A stretch of DNA of 63,099 nucleotides, filler included, from a bacterium (GTDB lineage Bacteria > UBP18 > UBA7526): the NCBI GenBank assembly GCA_030615855.1. It is 6 parts of 6 records of this genome, joined end to end, with 100 filler letters (N's around TTAATTAATTAA, not from the genome) between each part and the next. Parts side by side here need not be neighbours in the genome. Positions count along the whole stretch, not along the records: positions 15,763 to 43,558 come from JAUWYL010000018.1; positions 43,659 to 58,019 come from JAUWYL010000027.1; 4 more parts are not named here. One strand, given 5' to 3'. Below are positions 41,117 to 50,981 of this stretch, piece by piece (position 1 is the stretch's first letter; each line of letters opens with the position of its first letter). Both the position numbers and the translations under genes were made by a program. The notes below the pieces were generated by a model, which ran no database searches, was not told where the DNA came from, and saw only the letters and a list, made by a program, of their open reading frames with translations.

Positions 41117-41902
41117 TTACTTGATTCTTCTCCAAGAGAATAGGCTTCCCAGAAGACCAAAGACTAAACCAGCACCTACTAAACCAAGAGCCATCTCTAA
41201 ATTCATAAATGAGATGGCCTCCACTCTCAGAATTGATAAGCGGTATATTCCATATAAGATGCCCAGAGCCACTAATGAAGTGGAGAGGCCCTCCAGGATT
41301 CCCTGACCAAGGAAGCTCCCCCTTATCATCCAGATGCTCTTTCCCTTCTCCTTTAATCTTCCTATTCTCTCCCTAAGTAAGGTCAGCCTAAAGAGAAGGG
41401 AAGCGACTATTAAAAGTCCTAGGCCAAGAATGACTCCTAAGATGAGGCCAATCATCCGAAAGCGAGAAGTAGCCCTGAAGAGTTCCTCTACTCCTCTTCC
41501 CCCATAGTCCACCTCTTCTATCTCTGGATAGCCGGCTATTCTTTCTGAAATCTCTTTTATAACTTTAATCCTCTTTTCTGTCTTAACAAGCAAGGAGGCA
41601 GGAAAGGGATTTTCCTTAAGAATATCCATCTCTTTCTCCAGGGCTTCCTCCTTCAAAAACTTCTCCAGAGCTTCCTCTTTTGAGGTATAGATTATCTCCT
41701 CCACTCCTTCCTGGATCATTATCTTACTATATAGTCCCTCTACCTCGTCTGGACTAAGGCCTTCTTTTAAGAAAGCAACTATTGCCACCTCTTCCTCCCA
41801 ACCAGAGATTACTTGATCCATATTCTCTATTCCTATTAAAAAGACCCCTAGCATAATAAAAGAGATAAATAGGGTTACTATAAGTGGCCAGTTTAACTTC
41901 AC
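41117..41902 (-). CDS. ftsX: FtsX-like permease
   Basis: TM1, IVAFL...YTSKEEALEKF...NPFPASL, three C-terminal TMs; GGAGGT RBS with GTG start. Confidence 0.75.
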   Translation of the reverse strand: MKLNWPLIVTLFISFIMLGVFLIGIENMDQVISGWEEEVAIVAFLKEGLSPDEVEGLYSKIMIQEGVEEIIYTSKEEALEKFLKEEALEKEMDILKENPFPASLLVKTEKRIKVIKEISERIAGYPEIEEVDYGGRGVEELFRATSRFRMIGLILGVILGLGLLIVASLLFRLTLLRERIGRLKEKGKSIWMIRGSFLGQGILEGLSTSLVALGILYGIYRLSILRVEAISFMNLEMALGLVGAGLVFGLLGSLFSWRRIK

Positions 41903-41914
41903 TTCATACCTCCC

Positions 41915-42086
41915 TAAACGCTGGCACTCAACGCACTTCGTTTGCCTTGAGGCGTCAGCCGCTGATATAGTACACTGATTGCCGCTGATTTTTTTATCTG
42001 CGTTTATCTGCGTTTTGATCTGCGGTTATTGCTTGATATTCATGCTCTCTCGGATGCCAGCGAAGCGCATCCGGCATCTGCGTTTA
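41915..42086. repeat. dispersed structured element, copy 2; lies in the predicted ftsX leader
   Basis: TAAACGC...GCGTTTA termini; core near-identical to 29506-29678. Confidence 0.9.
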
Positions 42087-42114
42087 GTATATCACGCCTC
42101 CGAAATAATGTCAA
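42086..42114 (-). promoter_or_regulatory. sigma70 promoter for ftsX-envC-ctpA
   Basis: TTGACA-17 bp-TATACT. Confidence 0.75.
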
Positions 42115-42145
42115 AAAAAGACGCCCCTCTTCCTGGGCGCCTTTT
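42113..42145 (-). terminator. intrinsic terminator of the TolB-like gene; U-tract overlaps the next -35
   Basis: Minus strand AAAAGGCGCCC...GGGCGTCTTTTTTT. Confidence 0.65.
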
Positions 42146-42174
42146 ATCCGTGCTAATCTGTTTTTTAATCCGTG

Positions 42175-43558
42175 CTAATCTGTGCTTTGGGACCAGAGAT
42201 GAGGGTTTGGTTTCTCGATGGGCCTCTCCTTCCCGGAGGAGAGGATCTGTTCCCCAGTACCATCGATATTCATAATCCAGAAGTGATACTCTGTACCCTC
42301 TATGGTCCAGAAAGCAAGATGCCTTCCATCAAAAGAGAATTCCGGGCGTTCTAAAACTATTTTCTCCCTGGTCAATGCCACTTGATTCTCTCCTTCCCTA
42401 TTCACTATCCATATGTCATTGGTATTCTTTTCCTCATCCGATCTGGTAAAAACGAGCTTTTTTCCATTCGATGACCAGGAAGGATAATTACTATTATTTC
42501 CTTCTGTTAATTGTCTAAGGTCGCTGCCATCTGTGTTGACCGTCCAGATATTATAATTCGTGAGAAAAAGAATTCTTTTTTCATCTGGAGAGAAGGAGAA
42601 TTTATCTTCATTAAGTTCTGCATCTCCACTTACTTTCTTCTTATTGCTTCCCTCACTATCCATGGTGTAGAGGACGCCTTCTACAGCATAGGCAATCTTC
42701 TTCCCATCTGGAGAGAACTTGAAGCCCCAGTCATTGCTCTCCCATCTATTCTTGGTCAAGGGCTTCTTTTCTTTTCCATCACTGCTTGCCGTCCAGATAT
42801 CCAAAATCTTCCCCTTGCTCAGTCTATTATGAAGGAGATAATCACTATCTGGTGACCAGGCGAAAGGACACCCCAGCCCCAGGTTACTCTTCTTGGGATC
42901 CTTTGGAGAAAATATCTTGGCCTCCGTTCCCTTCTCAACATCTACTACCCGGATCTCCCCATCCTTAGAAAGGAAGGCGACCCTCTCTCCATCTGGAGAG
43001 GGCAGAAACTCATGGGAGACTATTGCTTTACCAGTGGTCAGGGGTTTCTTGTCGCTACCATCTCTATTCACCATCCAGAGGTCAGAATCCAGTTCAAAGA
43101 TAATCCTCTCGTTCCCCTTCAACCACATGGGCCGGAGATAATTCCCCGGGTCATGAGTTAGATTCTTTCTTCCACTTCCATCAGCGTTTGCTATCCAGAT
43201 ATTTTCTCTATCAATATAGAGGAGCTGATCTATAGTAGTAAAGTAAGAGGTAGCCAGAGGCTTACCTTGAGCATCCTTAACCACCGTGCCCAGGGAAATG
43301 ATATAGGTGGTAGAAGGAATGAGCTCTTTTTCAGGATGAAAGATTAAGGTATTTCCCTGCCCCGTTAGATGTTTACTATCTAATGGGGCTTCCCAACTAA
43401 ATCTTCCTTTTACTTGAGGATTGATAGCGAAGTTATCTTCCACGCTCTTCTTATCCATCTCCTTACTGAAGTTGATCCTGATTAGGGTATTAGTCTTTAC
43501 TTCCTGGGCTCCTTTGGAAGGAGAGACAGAGACTATCTCTGGTGGCTGCGCTCCGACA
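42175..43558 (-). CDS. Ig-like (Big_5) domain + TolB/PD40 beta-propeller protein; 5'-partial
   Basis: PPEIVSVSP...INFSKEMDKKSV; repeated SPDG..IAF/IW..DGS..LT motifs; frame open to the contig edge. Confidence 0.8.
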
Positions 43559-43658
43559 NNNNNNNNNNNNNNNNNNNNNNNNNNNNNNNNNNNNNNNNNN
43601 NNTTAATTAATTAANNNNNNNNNNNNNNNNNNNNNNNNNNNNNNNNNNNNNNNNNNNN
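43559..43658. other. artificial scaffold linker
   Basis: N-run + TTAATTAATTAA + N-run. Confidence 0.98.
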
Positions 43659-45391
43659 GTCAATCCCTCCCTGATATTGAAGGCTCGCTTGACATTCACC
43701 TGCCTCTCACCAATCTTCAATAGTTCCTCAACGCTCCCAAAGGCCTCTTCTCCTGTAGCAAGAGGCATTATCTTTGCAAAGTCCTCTATCCAGAAGATGG
43801 GAGGCCAACCACAGGTATACCAGCAGACGACTAAGGCGTCTCTAATGGCGAAGATATCTTCAGTAACCTTAACCGCATAGGCCTTGTAATTTTCCAAATA
43901 GGGGTTACAGAGTTCATTGAGTATTATTTCCTGCTTTTTCTTAGACTTACCTTTAAAGAGATCCTTATATCTTTTTCTCGCTGCGGCCTTATAACCCAGT
44001 TGATCAACAGTGACCAAGGAGCGGAGGTGGTCTGCTCCCCGGGCACCGACAGCATGGGTCAGGGCAACGGAGCGATGGGTCCTTCCGTCCTGACCGGAGA
44101 CCTCCTGCCCCTTGACATGCATGGCGAATCTCTCCGTCCTCTTGCCTAACTTCTGGGAGGCTCTCTTCACCCCTTCTGCTAATAGGTCGCCTATTCCTTC
44201 CCTCTTTGCTGTCTTATGAGTAAGGGCAACCACTGCCTCCTTATTTCCCCACCTAAGTTCCAATCCATCACAATCCTCTTTGGTAATGAGACCATTCTCA
44301 TAGCATTCCATCAAGAAAGAGATAGCAATACCTAAGGAAATCTGATCAATCCCATACTTATTGCAGAGATCAGAGACATATAGAATCATGTCGTAATCAT
44401 CGATTCCACAGTTGGAGCCAAAGGCCATGGTCCCCTCATACTCTGGACCCTCAGTGACCATATCCGGGGCCCAGGGATTGGAGTGGGAGGTAGTATAGAC
44501 CTCTTTGCAGGCGTTGGAACAGCCGAAGCAGGCCCGCGGACGACCATTGAATTTTTCTTTCAATATTTCCGCGGCAAGTTTATCTGCCCCCTCAAATACT
44601 CCTGTAGAATGGTTGCGAGTGACAAACTCTCCGATGGCCTGTTTGGCGCTCACCAAGAGGTTCGTTCCATAGGTGAACATCTGTCTGGCAGCCTCGTCCT
44701 CCTGCACCCTCTTATGGGCTTCCTTTGATAGTTCTACGAACTTATCAAAGTTGGTTACATTTATCCTTCCCGTTCCTCGGCAAGTAATGGCCTTGAGGTT
44801 CTTACTCCCCCAGACTGCCCCTTGACCACTGCGACCAAAGGCCCGATGGAGGTTGGACATAATGGAGGCGTATCCTACTAAGTTCTCTCCTCCCTGGCCG
44901 ATGCATAACACCTGAGTTTCCTTATCCTCTTTCTGCAGTGCCAAGGTAACCTCTTTGGTATCCCTTCCCCAGAGATGCTTAGCATCCTTGATAGCCACCT
45001 CTTCATTGAATATCTCAATATAGACCGGCCTCTCTGCTCTTCCCTCAATAATGACGGCATCGTATCCGGCATACTTTAGTTCAGCACCGAAGAATCCCCC
45101 ACTATTTGCCTCCCCCCAGAATCCAGTGAGAGGAGATTTAGCCCCAATGGTGAATCTTCCAGAAGAAGGCCACAGGGTTCCGGTTAATGGGCCAGTGCCA
45201 ATGACGATCTTATTTTTGGAGCCCAGCGGATCGATCCCTGGCTCTAGTTCCCGATAGAGATAATAAGCGGAGAAGCCGTTACCTCCGATGTAGTTCTTTA
45301 CTACAAAGTCTGGTAACGGCTCCTTATTTATCTTCCCATTAGAGAGATTAATCCTTAAGATTTTACCTGTATAACCCTTTCCTTTGAACAT
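43659..45391 (-). CDS. aldehyde:ferredoxin oxidoreductase family (W/Mo); 3'-partial
   Basis: GYTGKILRINLS, AKSPLTG, GRSGQGAVWGSKNLKA, ACFGCSNAC, GPEYE, RGADH. Confidence 0.9.
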
Positions 45392-45561
45392 ATAAACCCC
45401 CATTCTAAGTTAAGTAATTTAGTTAACAAGTTGATAAGTTAATAAGTTAACAAGTCAGTGAAAATTCTCTATTTGGTTATTGGAAATTAGAAATTGGATA
45501 TTGGAAATTAAATCACGTGGGCTTTACTCCCACTTTCTCACCTGCTCACTTTCCCATTTTC

Positions 45562-46047
45562 TCACTCTTTGCTAATTAACTTAAGTAACTCCGGGAGATG
45601 CTCGATGCTTTCTCTTCGCTTGGCCATGGTTGCCTTATCTGCCTCTTCGTATTTAAGGGCCTCTGAGGGGCAGATCTTTACGCACTCCGGGTCACCATCA
45701 CAGAGGTCACACTTAATGGGCCTCTTCTCCTCATCATCGAAGTGGATGGCACCAAAGGGGCAGGCAGAGACGCAGGCCTTACACCCGATGCAGAGATCGT
45801 AGTTAATGACTAAAGCAGCGGTCTCTTCATTCAGGGATATAGCATTCACCGGGCAGACCGCCTGACAGGCTGGCTTCTCACACTGCTGGCAGACCATGGG
45901 CACATCCCGACTGATCTCATCGAACTTGATGAGAGCAATTCCGGAAAGAGAGGACTTAAAGGTCTGGTAATGCTTGGCACTACAGACCAGTTCACAATCC
46001 CGACAGCCAACACACTTACTGGCATCCACTATTAATATTTTGGCCAT
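45562..46047 (-). CDS. 4x[4Fe-4S] electron-transfer subunit
   Basis: CVGCRDCELVC, CQQCEKPACQAVCP, CIGCKACVSACP, KCDLCDGDPECVKICP. Confidence 0.9.
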   Translation of the reverse strand: MAKILIVDASKCVGCRDCELVCSAKHYQTFKSSLSGIALIKFDEISRDVPMVCQQCEKPACQAVCPVNAISLNEETAALVINYDLCIGCKACVSACPFGAIHFDDEEKRPIKCDLCDGDPECVKICPSEALKYEEADKATMAKRRESIEHLPELLKLISKE

Positions 46048-46083
46048 AAAACCTCCATAAAGGGTTAAGGGTTAAGAGTTAAG

Positions 46084-46185
46084 GGTTAAGGTTAGGTAGT
46101 TAGTTTAGTTGTTAGGTCAGGTAGTTGGTCTTTAAACACCTAACCCTTACCCAACTACCAAACCCACTACTTTACCCTAACCCAA
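46084..46185. repeat. dispersed hairpin element, copy 2
   Basis: Aligns end to end with 38126-38231; preceded by an extra (AGGGTTA)n array. Confidence 0.9.
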
Positions 46186-46207
46186 TTATCAAAGATGTTT
46201 CCTATTC

Positions 46208-47443
46208 TTAAACCGTGGCTATCTTGCGGGGCTTTTCGCTCTCTTTCAGTTCTATGCAGTCATCGATGGGACAGGCAGACTGACAGAGTCCACAGCCGAA
46301 GCACTTCTCCTCATCCACCTCTGGTCTGCGCTCTCTTCCCAATTCAATGGCCTGATGTCCTCCATCCTGGCAGGCGTAGTAACAGAGGCCACAGCGCACA
46401 CACTTCTTGAGGTCGATGTGAGAGGTTACCCGATTCTTTCGGGAAAGGTCATCATGACCAACAATGTAAGGCAGGGACTTACCGATGAGGTCCTTTACCC
46501 TGGAAATCCCCTTCTCCTCCATATAAAAGGCTAACCCTTCGCAGAGGTCCTCAATGATGTCGTAGCCATAGTGCATGACCGCGGTGCAGAATTGGACGGT
46601 GGTTGCCCCACAAAGCATAAACTCTAAAGCATCTATCCAGTTGACCGCCCCGCCGGTTCCGGTAATGGGTAAGCCGACAGTCTTTGAGAGCTCAGAGATG
46701 ACTTTTAAAGTAATGGGCTTAATAGCCGGACCGGATAGGCCGCTATAGGTTGTCTTTCCTGCTACATTGGGGTTGGGTATGAAGTTCTCAATGTCGATGC
46801 CCATTAAGGAAGGAATGGTATTCGAGGCGCAGATAGCGTCTGCTCCTCCCTTCTTAACTGCATTGGCTACGGCAACGATATCCGCTACCATAGGGGTTAT
46901 CTTGATTACTACTGGCGTTTTCTTGGCGGCGCTCTTTACCCATCTGGTCACCATCTCCGTAGCAGGAATAGACTGGGCGAGCATAGCTCCCGGAACCTCT
47001 CCCATAGAGCCCTGGGGACAGGAGAAGGAGCACTCTATGATGTCCACTCCAGCGGCCTTCAATCTCTTTACCAGATGTTGCCAATCCTCTTTCTTCGCTC
47101 CCATGATGCTGGCAGCAATTACTCTCTCATCCCCAAACTCCTTCTTTAAGACCTCTATCCTCTTCTCCACAAGATCGATATGATGCTCACTGATGAGGTC
47201 AATGTTTCCCATCCCTACGACCTTTTTATTCTCAAAAGATAGACCGCTTATCATAGGATAGACTAATTCTACCTTATTCTTTTCCACTGAGGTGGTCTTT
47301 AATACCGCCCCGGCCCATCCCATCTCCAATCCTCTCTTTAGCATATCCAGGTCATCTGTGGGTGGTGCCGCAGAGAGAATAAAGGGGTTATTAAATTTTA
47401 CTCCACAGAACTCTATTCCTAAATTAACTGGTATAGTCTTCAT
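46208..47443 (-). CDS. preA: dihydropyrimidine dehydrogenase subunit PreA
   Basis: NPFILSAAPPT, GWAGAVLKT, NIDLISE, SCPQG, GLSGPAIKP, C-terminal 2x[4Fe-4S]. Confidence 0.85.
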   Translation of the reverse strand: MKTIPVNLGIEFCGVKFNNPFILSAAPPTDDLDMLKRGLEMGWAGAVLKTTSVEKNKVELVYPMISGLSFENKKVVGMGNIDLISEHHIDLVEKRIEVLKKEFGDERVIAASIMGAKKEDWQHLVKRLKAAGVDIIECSFSCPQGSMGEVPGAMLAQSIPATEMVTRWVKSAAKKTPVVIKITPMVADIVAVANAVKKGGADAICASNTIPSLMGIDIENFIPNPNVAGKTTYSGLSGPAIKPITLKVISELSKTVGLPITGTGGAVNWIDALEFMLCGATTVQFCTAVMHYGYDIIEDLCEGLAFYMEEKGISRVKDLIGKSLPYIVGHDDLSRKNRVTSHIDLKKCVRCGLCYYACQDGGHQAIELGRERRPEVDEEKCFGCGLCQSACPIDDCIELKESEKPRKIATV

Positions 47444-47523
47444 CGTCTTCCTCCTTATTTAAAAATGGTTTACTGTTTACGGTTTACCGTTAACCGTACA
47501 CTGTTCACCGTAAACTTTCCTAC

Positions 47524-48876
47524 TTATCTTTTGCGCTTTAGGTAAGCATCAATGGCTTCTGCTGCGGCATTGCCATCAGCCACTGCCTGAACAGCAGTAG
47601 CTCCCCGATTGACAATGTCTCCCGCAGCAAAGACCCCGGGACGAGAAGTCTTAAAGGTTTTTTTCTTTGCTACGATATACCCTGGTCCAGCAGTCTCTAT
47701 TCCTTTAAATCCTTTGACATTCCCGGTATCTGGTATCTGGCCGATGGCCTCGATTACCGTATCGACTTTAAGACTGAACTCTGTCCCTGGGATGGGAATG
47801 GCATTGGAGGGAATGAAGAGACCGGGCTTGCGCCACCTAATGCCTATTCCTTTATATCCCGTTACTCTTCCTTTTGAGCCTATAATCTTTAAAGGCATGA
47901 CCCGGGTATTAATCTCCACTCCCTCTTCCCAACAGATCCTTCTCTCCTCTGGCGAGGAGGGCATCTCATCATAACCTTCCAGACAGACGAGATCGACTCT
48001 CTGCGCACCAAGCCGCAGAGCACAAGAGGCAGCATCCATGGCCACATCACCGCCACCGATGACTACCACCCTCTTCCCAATCTTGGTCTGCTTCGTCCTC
48101 CCCTTATTAGTAATTACATCCTTCAAGAATTCTAAGGCGGTATAGACTCCTTTCAGATTCTCACCAGGCAGGCCGATCTTCCTCGCCCCAGGTAATCCTA
48201 CTCCAATGAATATGGCCTTAAAGTCTTTTTTGAAGAGTTCATCGATATTCATTATCTTTGTTTTACATCTTATCTTTACCCCTATTCTCTTTATATAACG
48301 AATTTCCTTCTGGACTGCAGAGGAAGGGAGCCGATGGGGAGGTATCCCATAGGTCAATAATCCTCCTGGTTTGGCCTCGGCCTCAAAGATGGTAACCTCG
48401 TATCCTTTTTGAGCGAGATTGGCGGCCACTGCTAAGCCCGCCGGGCCAGAGCCGATTATGGCTACCTTTATCCTTTGAGCGAATTGACGGGCTGATGGGC
48501 TGACGGATCGACGCAATTCAACATCAGCAACATATCTCTGTAGGGCAGCGATATTTATGGGAATATCGATCTCGGTGTTACTACACTCTTTCTGGCAGAG
48601 TAGCTCCTGGGGACAGACCTTTCCACAGATTCCCGCCAAGACATTTGCCTCTCTAATCTCCCTTATAGCCCCCCTCAGGTTATGGAATCTTATCTTTCTG
48701 ATAAATGCCTTAATATCCACTCCTGCTGGACATCCCTTGGTGCAAGGGGCATCCTCGCACATCAGGCAGCGTGAGGCCTCCAGATAGGCTTGATGGGGCT
48801 CATAACATCGGTGAATCTCACGAAAACCCTTTTTTCTTTCTTCTGGTAGTAGAGTAGTGGCCGTCTTGTTTGACAT
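47524..48876 (-). CDS. preT: dihydropyrimidine dehydrogenase subunit PreT (GltD-like)
   Basis: EASRCLMCEDAPC..GCP, GSGPAG, IGGGDVAMD, AAGD; AAGGAGGT RBS before ATG 48876; adjacent to preA. Confidence 0.8.
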   Translation of the reverse strand: MSNKTATTLLPEERKKGFREIHRCYEPHQAYLEASRCLMCEDAPCTKGCPAGVDIKAFIRKIRFHNLRGAIREIREANVLAGICGKVCPQELLCQKECSNTEIDIPINIAALQRYVADVELRRSVSPSARQFAQRIKVAIIGSGPAGLAVAANLAQKGYEVTIFEAEAKPGGLLTYGIPPHRLPSSAVQKEIRYIKRIGVKIRCKTKIMNIDELFKKDFKAIFIGVGLPGARKIGLPGENLKGVYTALEFLKDVITNKGRTKQTKIGKRVVVIGGGDVAMDAASCALRLGAQRVDLVCLEGYDEMPSSPEERRICWEEGVEINTRVMPLKIIGSKGRVTGYKGIGIRWRKPGLFIPSNAIPIPGTEFSLKVDTVIEAIGQIPDTGNVKGFKGIETAGPGYIVAKKKTFKTSRPGVFAAGDIVNRGATAVQAVADGNAAAEAIDAYLKRKR

Positions 48877-49008
48877 AATATACCTCCTTGTAAAATAGTT
48901 GACAAGTTGACAAGTTAACAAGTTGAAGAGTTGAAAAATCTAACAAACTAACAAGCAAGCAAACTAACAAACTAAGATTCTTTACTCACCCCTGTTTCCT
49001 ACTTGAAA

Positions 49009-49037
49009 AGTATACTTTAAAATGTTTTTAGGGTCAA
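49009..49037 (-). promoter_or_regulatory. sigma70-like promoter for preT-preA-AOR
   Basis: TTGACC-17 bp-TATACT; the -35 lies at the end of a REP-like hairpin. Confidence 0.6.
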
Positions 49038-49114
49038 CCCCGCTCCTTCCCAAATATGGAATTATGTCATAAAGAAGGGGCGGGGTCAAGTCCTTTCCTC
49101 GGTAAAGATTTGCT

Positions 49115-49441
49115 TTACTTGGAAAACGCCAAGTAGCCAGGAATAATCAGGTTGACGAAGGGAACAATCATCAGTATTCCTATCCAGCTTGCCTTTCCTC
49201 GGGCTTGGGCAACTCCCATCCAAACAATGATGGTGATGACGATATTGACAAGCGGAATGAGAAAGAGAAGCAACCACCAGCCAGGCTTACCAGCTACTTT
49301 ACAGAGTAGGTAGACATTGGCTATTGGTATCCAGGCCAGCCAGCCATTCTTGGTATTCGTCTTTTTTGCCATAGTTTGGAGGGCAATGGCCAGATAGACA
49401 TAGATTCCCAGATAAACGATAACCTGCAAAAAATTACCCAT
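49115..49441 (-). CDS. small membrane protein (DUF5684-like)
   Basis: WLAWIPIANVYLLCKVAGKPGWWLLLFLIP. Confidence 0.75.
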   Translation of the reverse strand: MGNFLQVIVYLGIYVYLAIALQTMAKKTNTKNGWLAWIPIANVYLLCKVAGKPGWWLLLFLIPLVNIVITIIVWMGVAQARGKASWIGILMIVPFVNLIIPGYLAFSK

Positions 49442-49447
49442 ATCTAC

Positions 49448-50881
49448 TCACCTCCTTTCTAAGTAGTTTATTCCAGTTCTTTTGCTTGCTTTTTTTAACA
49501 TCTCAGAAGCAATCTTATTCGCTTTGTCAATTACTTTCTCTTCATCTAAATTCAATAACTTTCCATCCTGGACCAATATCTTGCCGTTAACGATAGTAGT
49601 ATTAACGATATGACTATTGCCAGAGAAGAGGAGGGCGGCTACTGGATCGTGCATCCCTCCGGCATAGCCTAATTTTTTAGTATCTATCAAGATAATATCC
49701 GCTGCCTTACCTACTTCAATGCTTCCTATATCATCCCTTCCTAAGATTTGTGCCCCTCCTCTGGTGGCCATCCATAATATATCATCCACAGGCATAGATT
49801 CTATTCCGGATTTTATCCTATGAATGAGTAGGCATTGGCGAAGTTCTCCTAACATATCTGAGGAGTCATTAGAGGCGCTACCATCCACCGCCAGACTGAC
49901 TACTACCCCTTCATCGAGCATCTTTCTAACTGGTGCAATCCCCGAACCAAGCCTCAGGTTAGATGTCGGGCAGTGGGTGATACCAGTCTTGGTCTTGGCC
50001 AATAATTTTATCTCCTCATCATTGAGATGAATCCCATGGGCAAACCAGACATCATCTCCCAGCCAGCTGAGACTCTCCATATAGGCGAGGGGCCTTATCT
50101 TATGGGTTTTAAGACAGTATTTTTCTTCATCTAAGGTCTCTGCTATATGGGTGTGACATCTCACCTTCTTCTTTCGGGCAAATTCCACCGTCTTTTTCAA
50201 TAGTTCTTTGGTTACTGAGAAGGGCGAACAGGGAGCAAGGGCAATTCTTAGCATAGAATATTTTTCTGGATCATGGTATTTATTAATCAATCTCTCGGAG
50301 TCTTTTAATATCTTTTCCTCACTCTGAACAAGATCATCCGGGGGAAGACCACCTTCTGATTTCCCCAAGGACATACTTCCCCTGCAGGGATGAAACCTGA
50401 TACCGATTTCCTTGGCGGCCTTTATTTCGTAATCGATTAAATCCTTTGGCTTATCCTTGGGAAAAATATAGAACTGGTCAACGGTGGTTGTGCATCCGGT
50501 AAGAAGTAATTCTCCCATTCCCACCTGGGCGCTGACATAGACCCCTTCTGGAGTTATCTCTCTCCATATCTCATATAATATCTTTATCCAGTCAAATAGT
50601 TCCGCATCCTGAACCGCAGGGATATTTCTATTCAATGTCTGATAGAGATGATGGTGGGTATTGATGAGGCCGGGAAGAACGACTTTGTCGGTAGCGTCGA
50701 TGATCTGGTGAACGGTTAATGGTTTACGGTTTACGGTTAAATACCTTTTTTCTAAATCGGCAGTAGGGCCAACATCTTTGATGACATTATCTTCAATATA
50801 GATAGCACCATTTTCGATGCGGGTCTTCTTATTATCCATAGTAGCAATTACTTTAACATTCCTAACCAATAACTTGCTCAT
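49448..50881 (-). CDS. 8-oxoguanine deaminase-like amidohydrolase (in-frame repeat insertion)
   Basis: PGLINTHHHLYQTL, RGSMSLG..GGLPPD, APCSPFSVT, HTHIAET, CPTSNLRLGSG, VDGSASND. Confidence 0.85.
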   Translation of the reverse strand: MSKLLVRNVKVIATMDNKKTRIENGAIYIEDNVIKDVGPTADLEKRYLTVNRKPLTVHQIIDATDKVVLPGLINTHHHLYQTLNRNIPAVQDAELFDWIKILYEIWREITPEGVYVSAQVGMGELLLTGCTTTVDQFYIFPKDKPKDLIDYEIKAAKEIGIRFHPCRGSMSLGKSEGGLPPDDLVQSEEKILKDSERLINKYHDPEKYSMLRIALAPCSPFSVTKELLKKTVEFARKKKVRCHTHIAETLDEEKYCLKTHKIRPLAYMESLSWLGDDVWFAHGIHLNDEEIKLLAKTKTGITHCPTSNLRLGSGIAPVRKMLDEGVVVSLAVDGSASNDSSDMLGELRQCLLIHRIKSGIESMPVDDILWMATRGGAQILGRDDIGSIEVGKAADIILIDTKKLGYAGGMHDPVAALLFSGNSHIVNTTIVNGKILVQDGKLLNLDEEKVIDKANKIASEMLKKASKRTGINYLERR

Positions 50882-50981
50882 TTTCTCACCTTGTAACCGC
50901 CAAAACGCAAAATTTAATGCAAAGACGCAAAACTAAAGCCTATTTTGCATTTTGCATTTTGCATTTTGAATTTTGCATTGT

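Noticed and set aside
14142-42354. Short ORFs such as 14142-14354, 25383-25583, 29487-29689, 35746-35991 and 41979-42275
   Set aside because: They are translations of repeat DNA or antisense to real genes, with no recognisable domain
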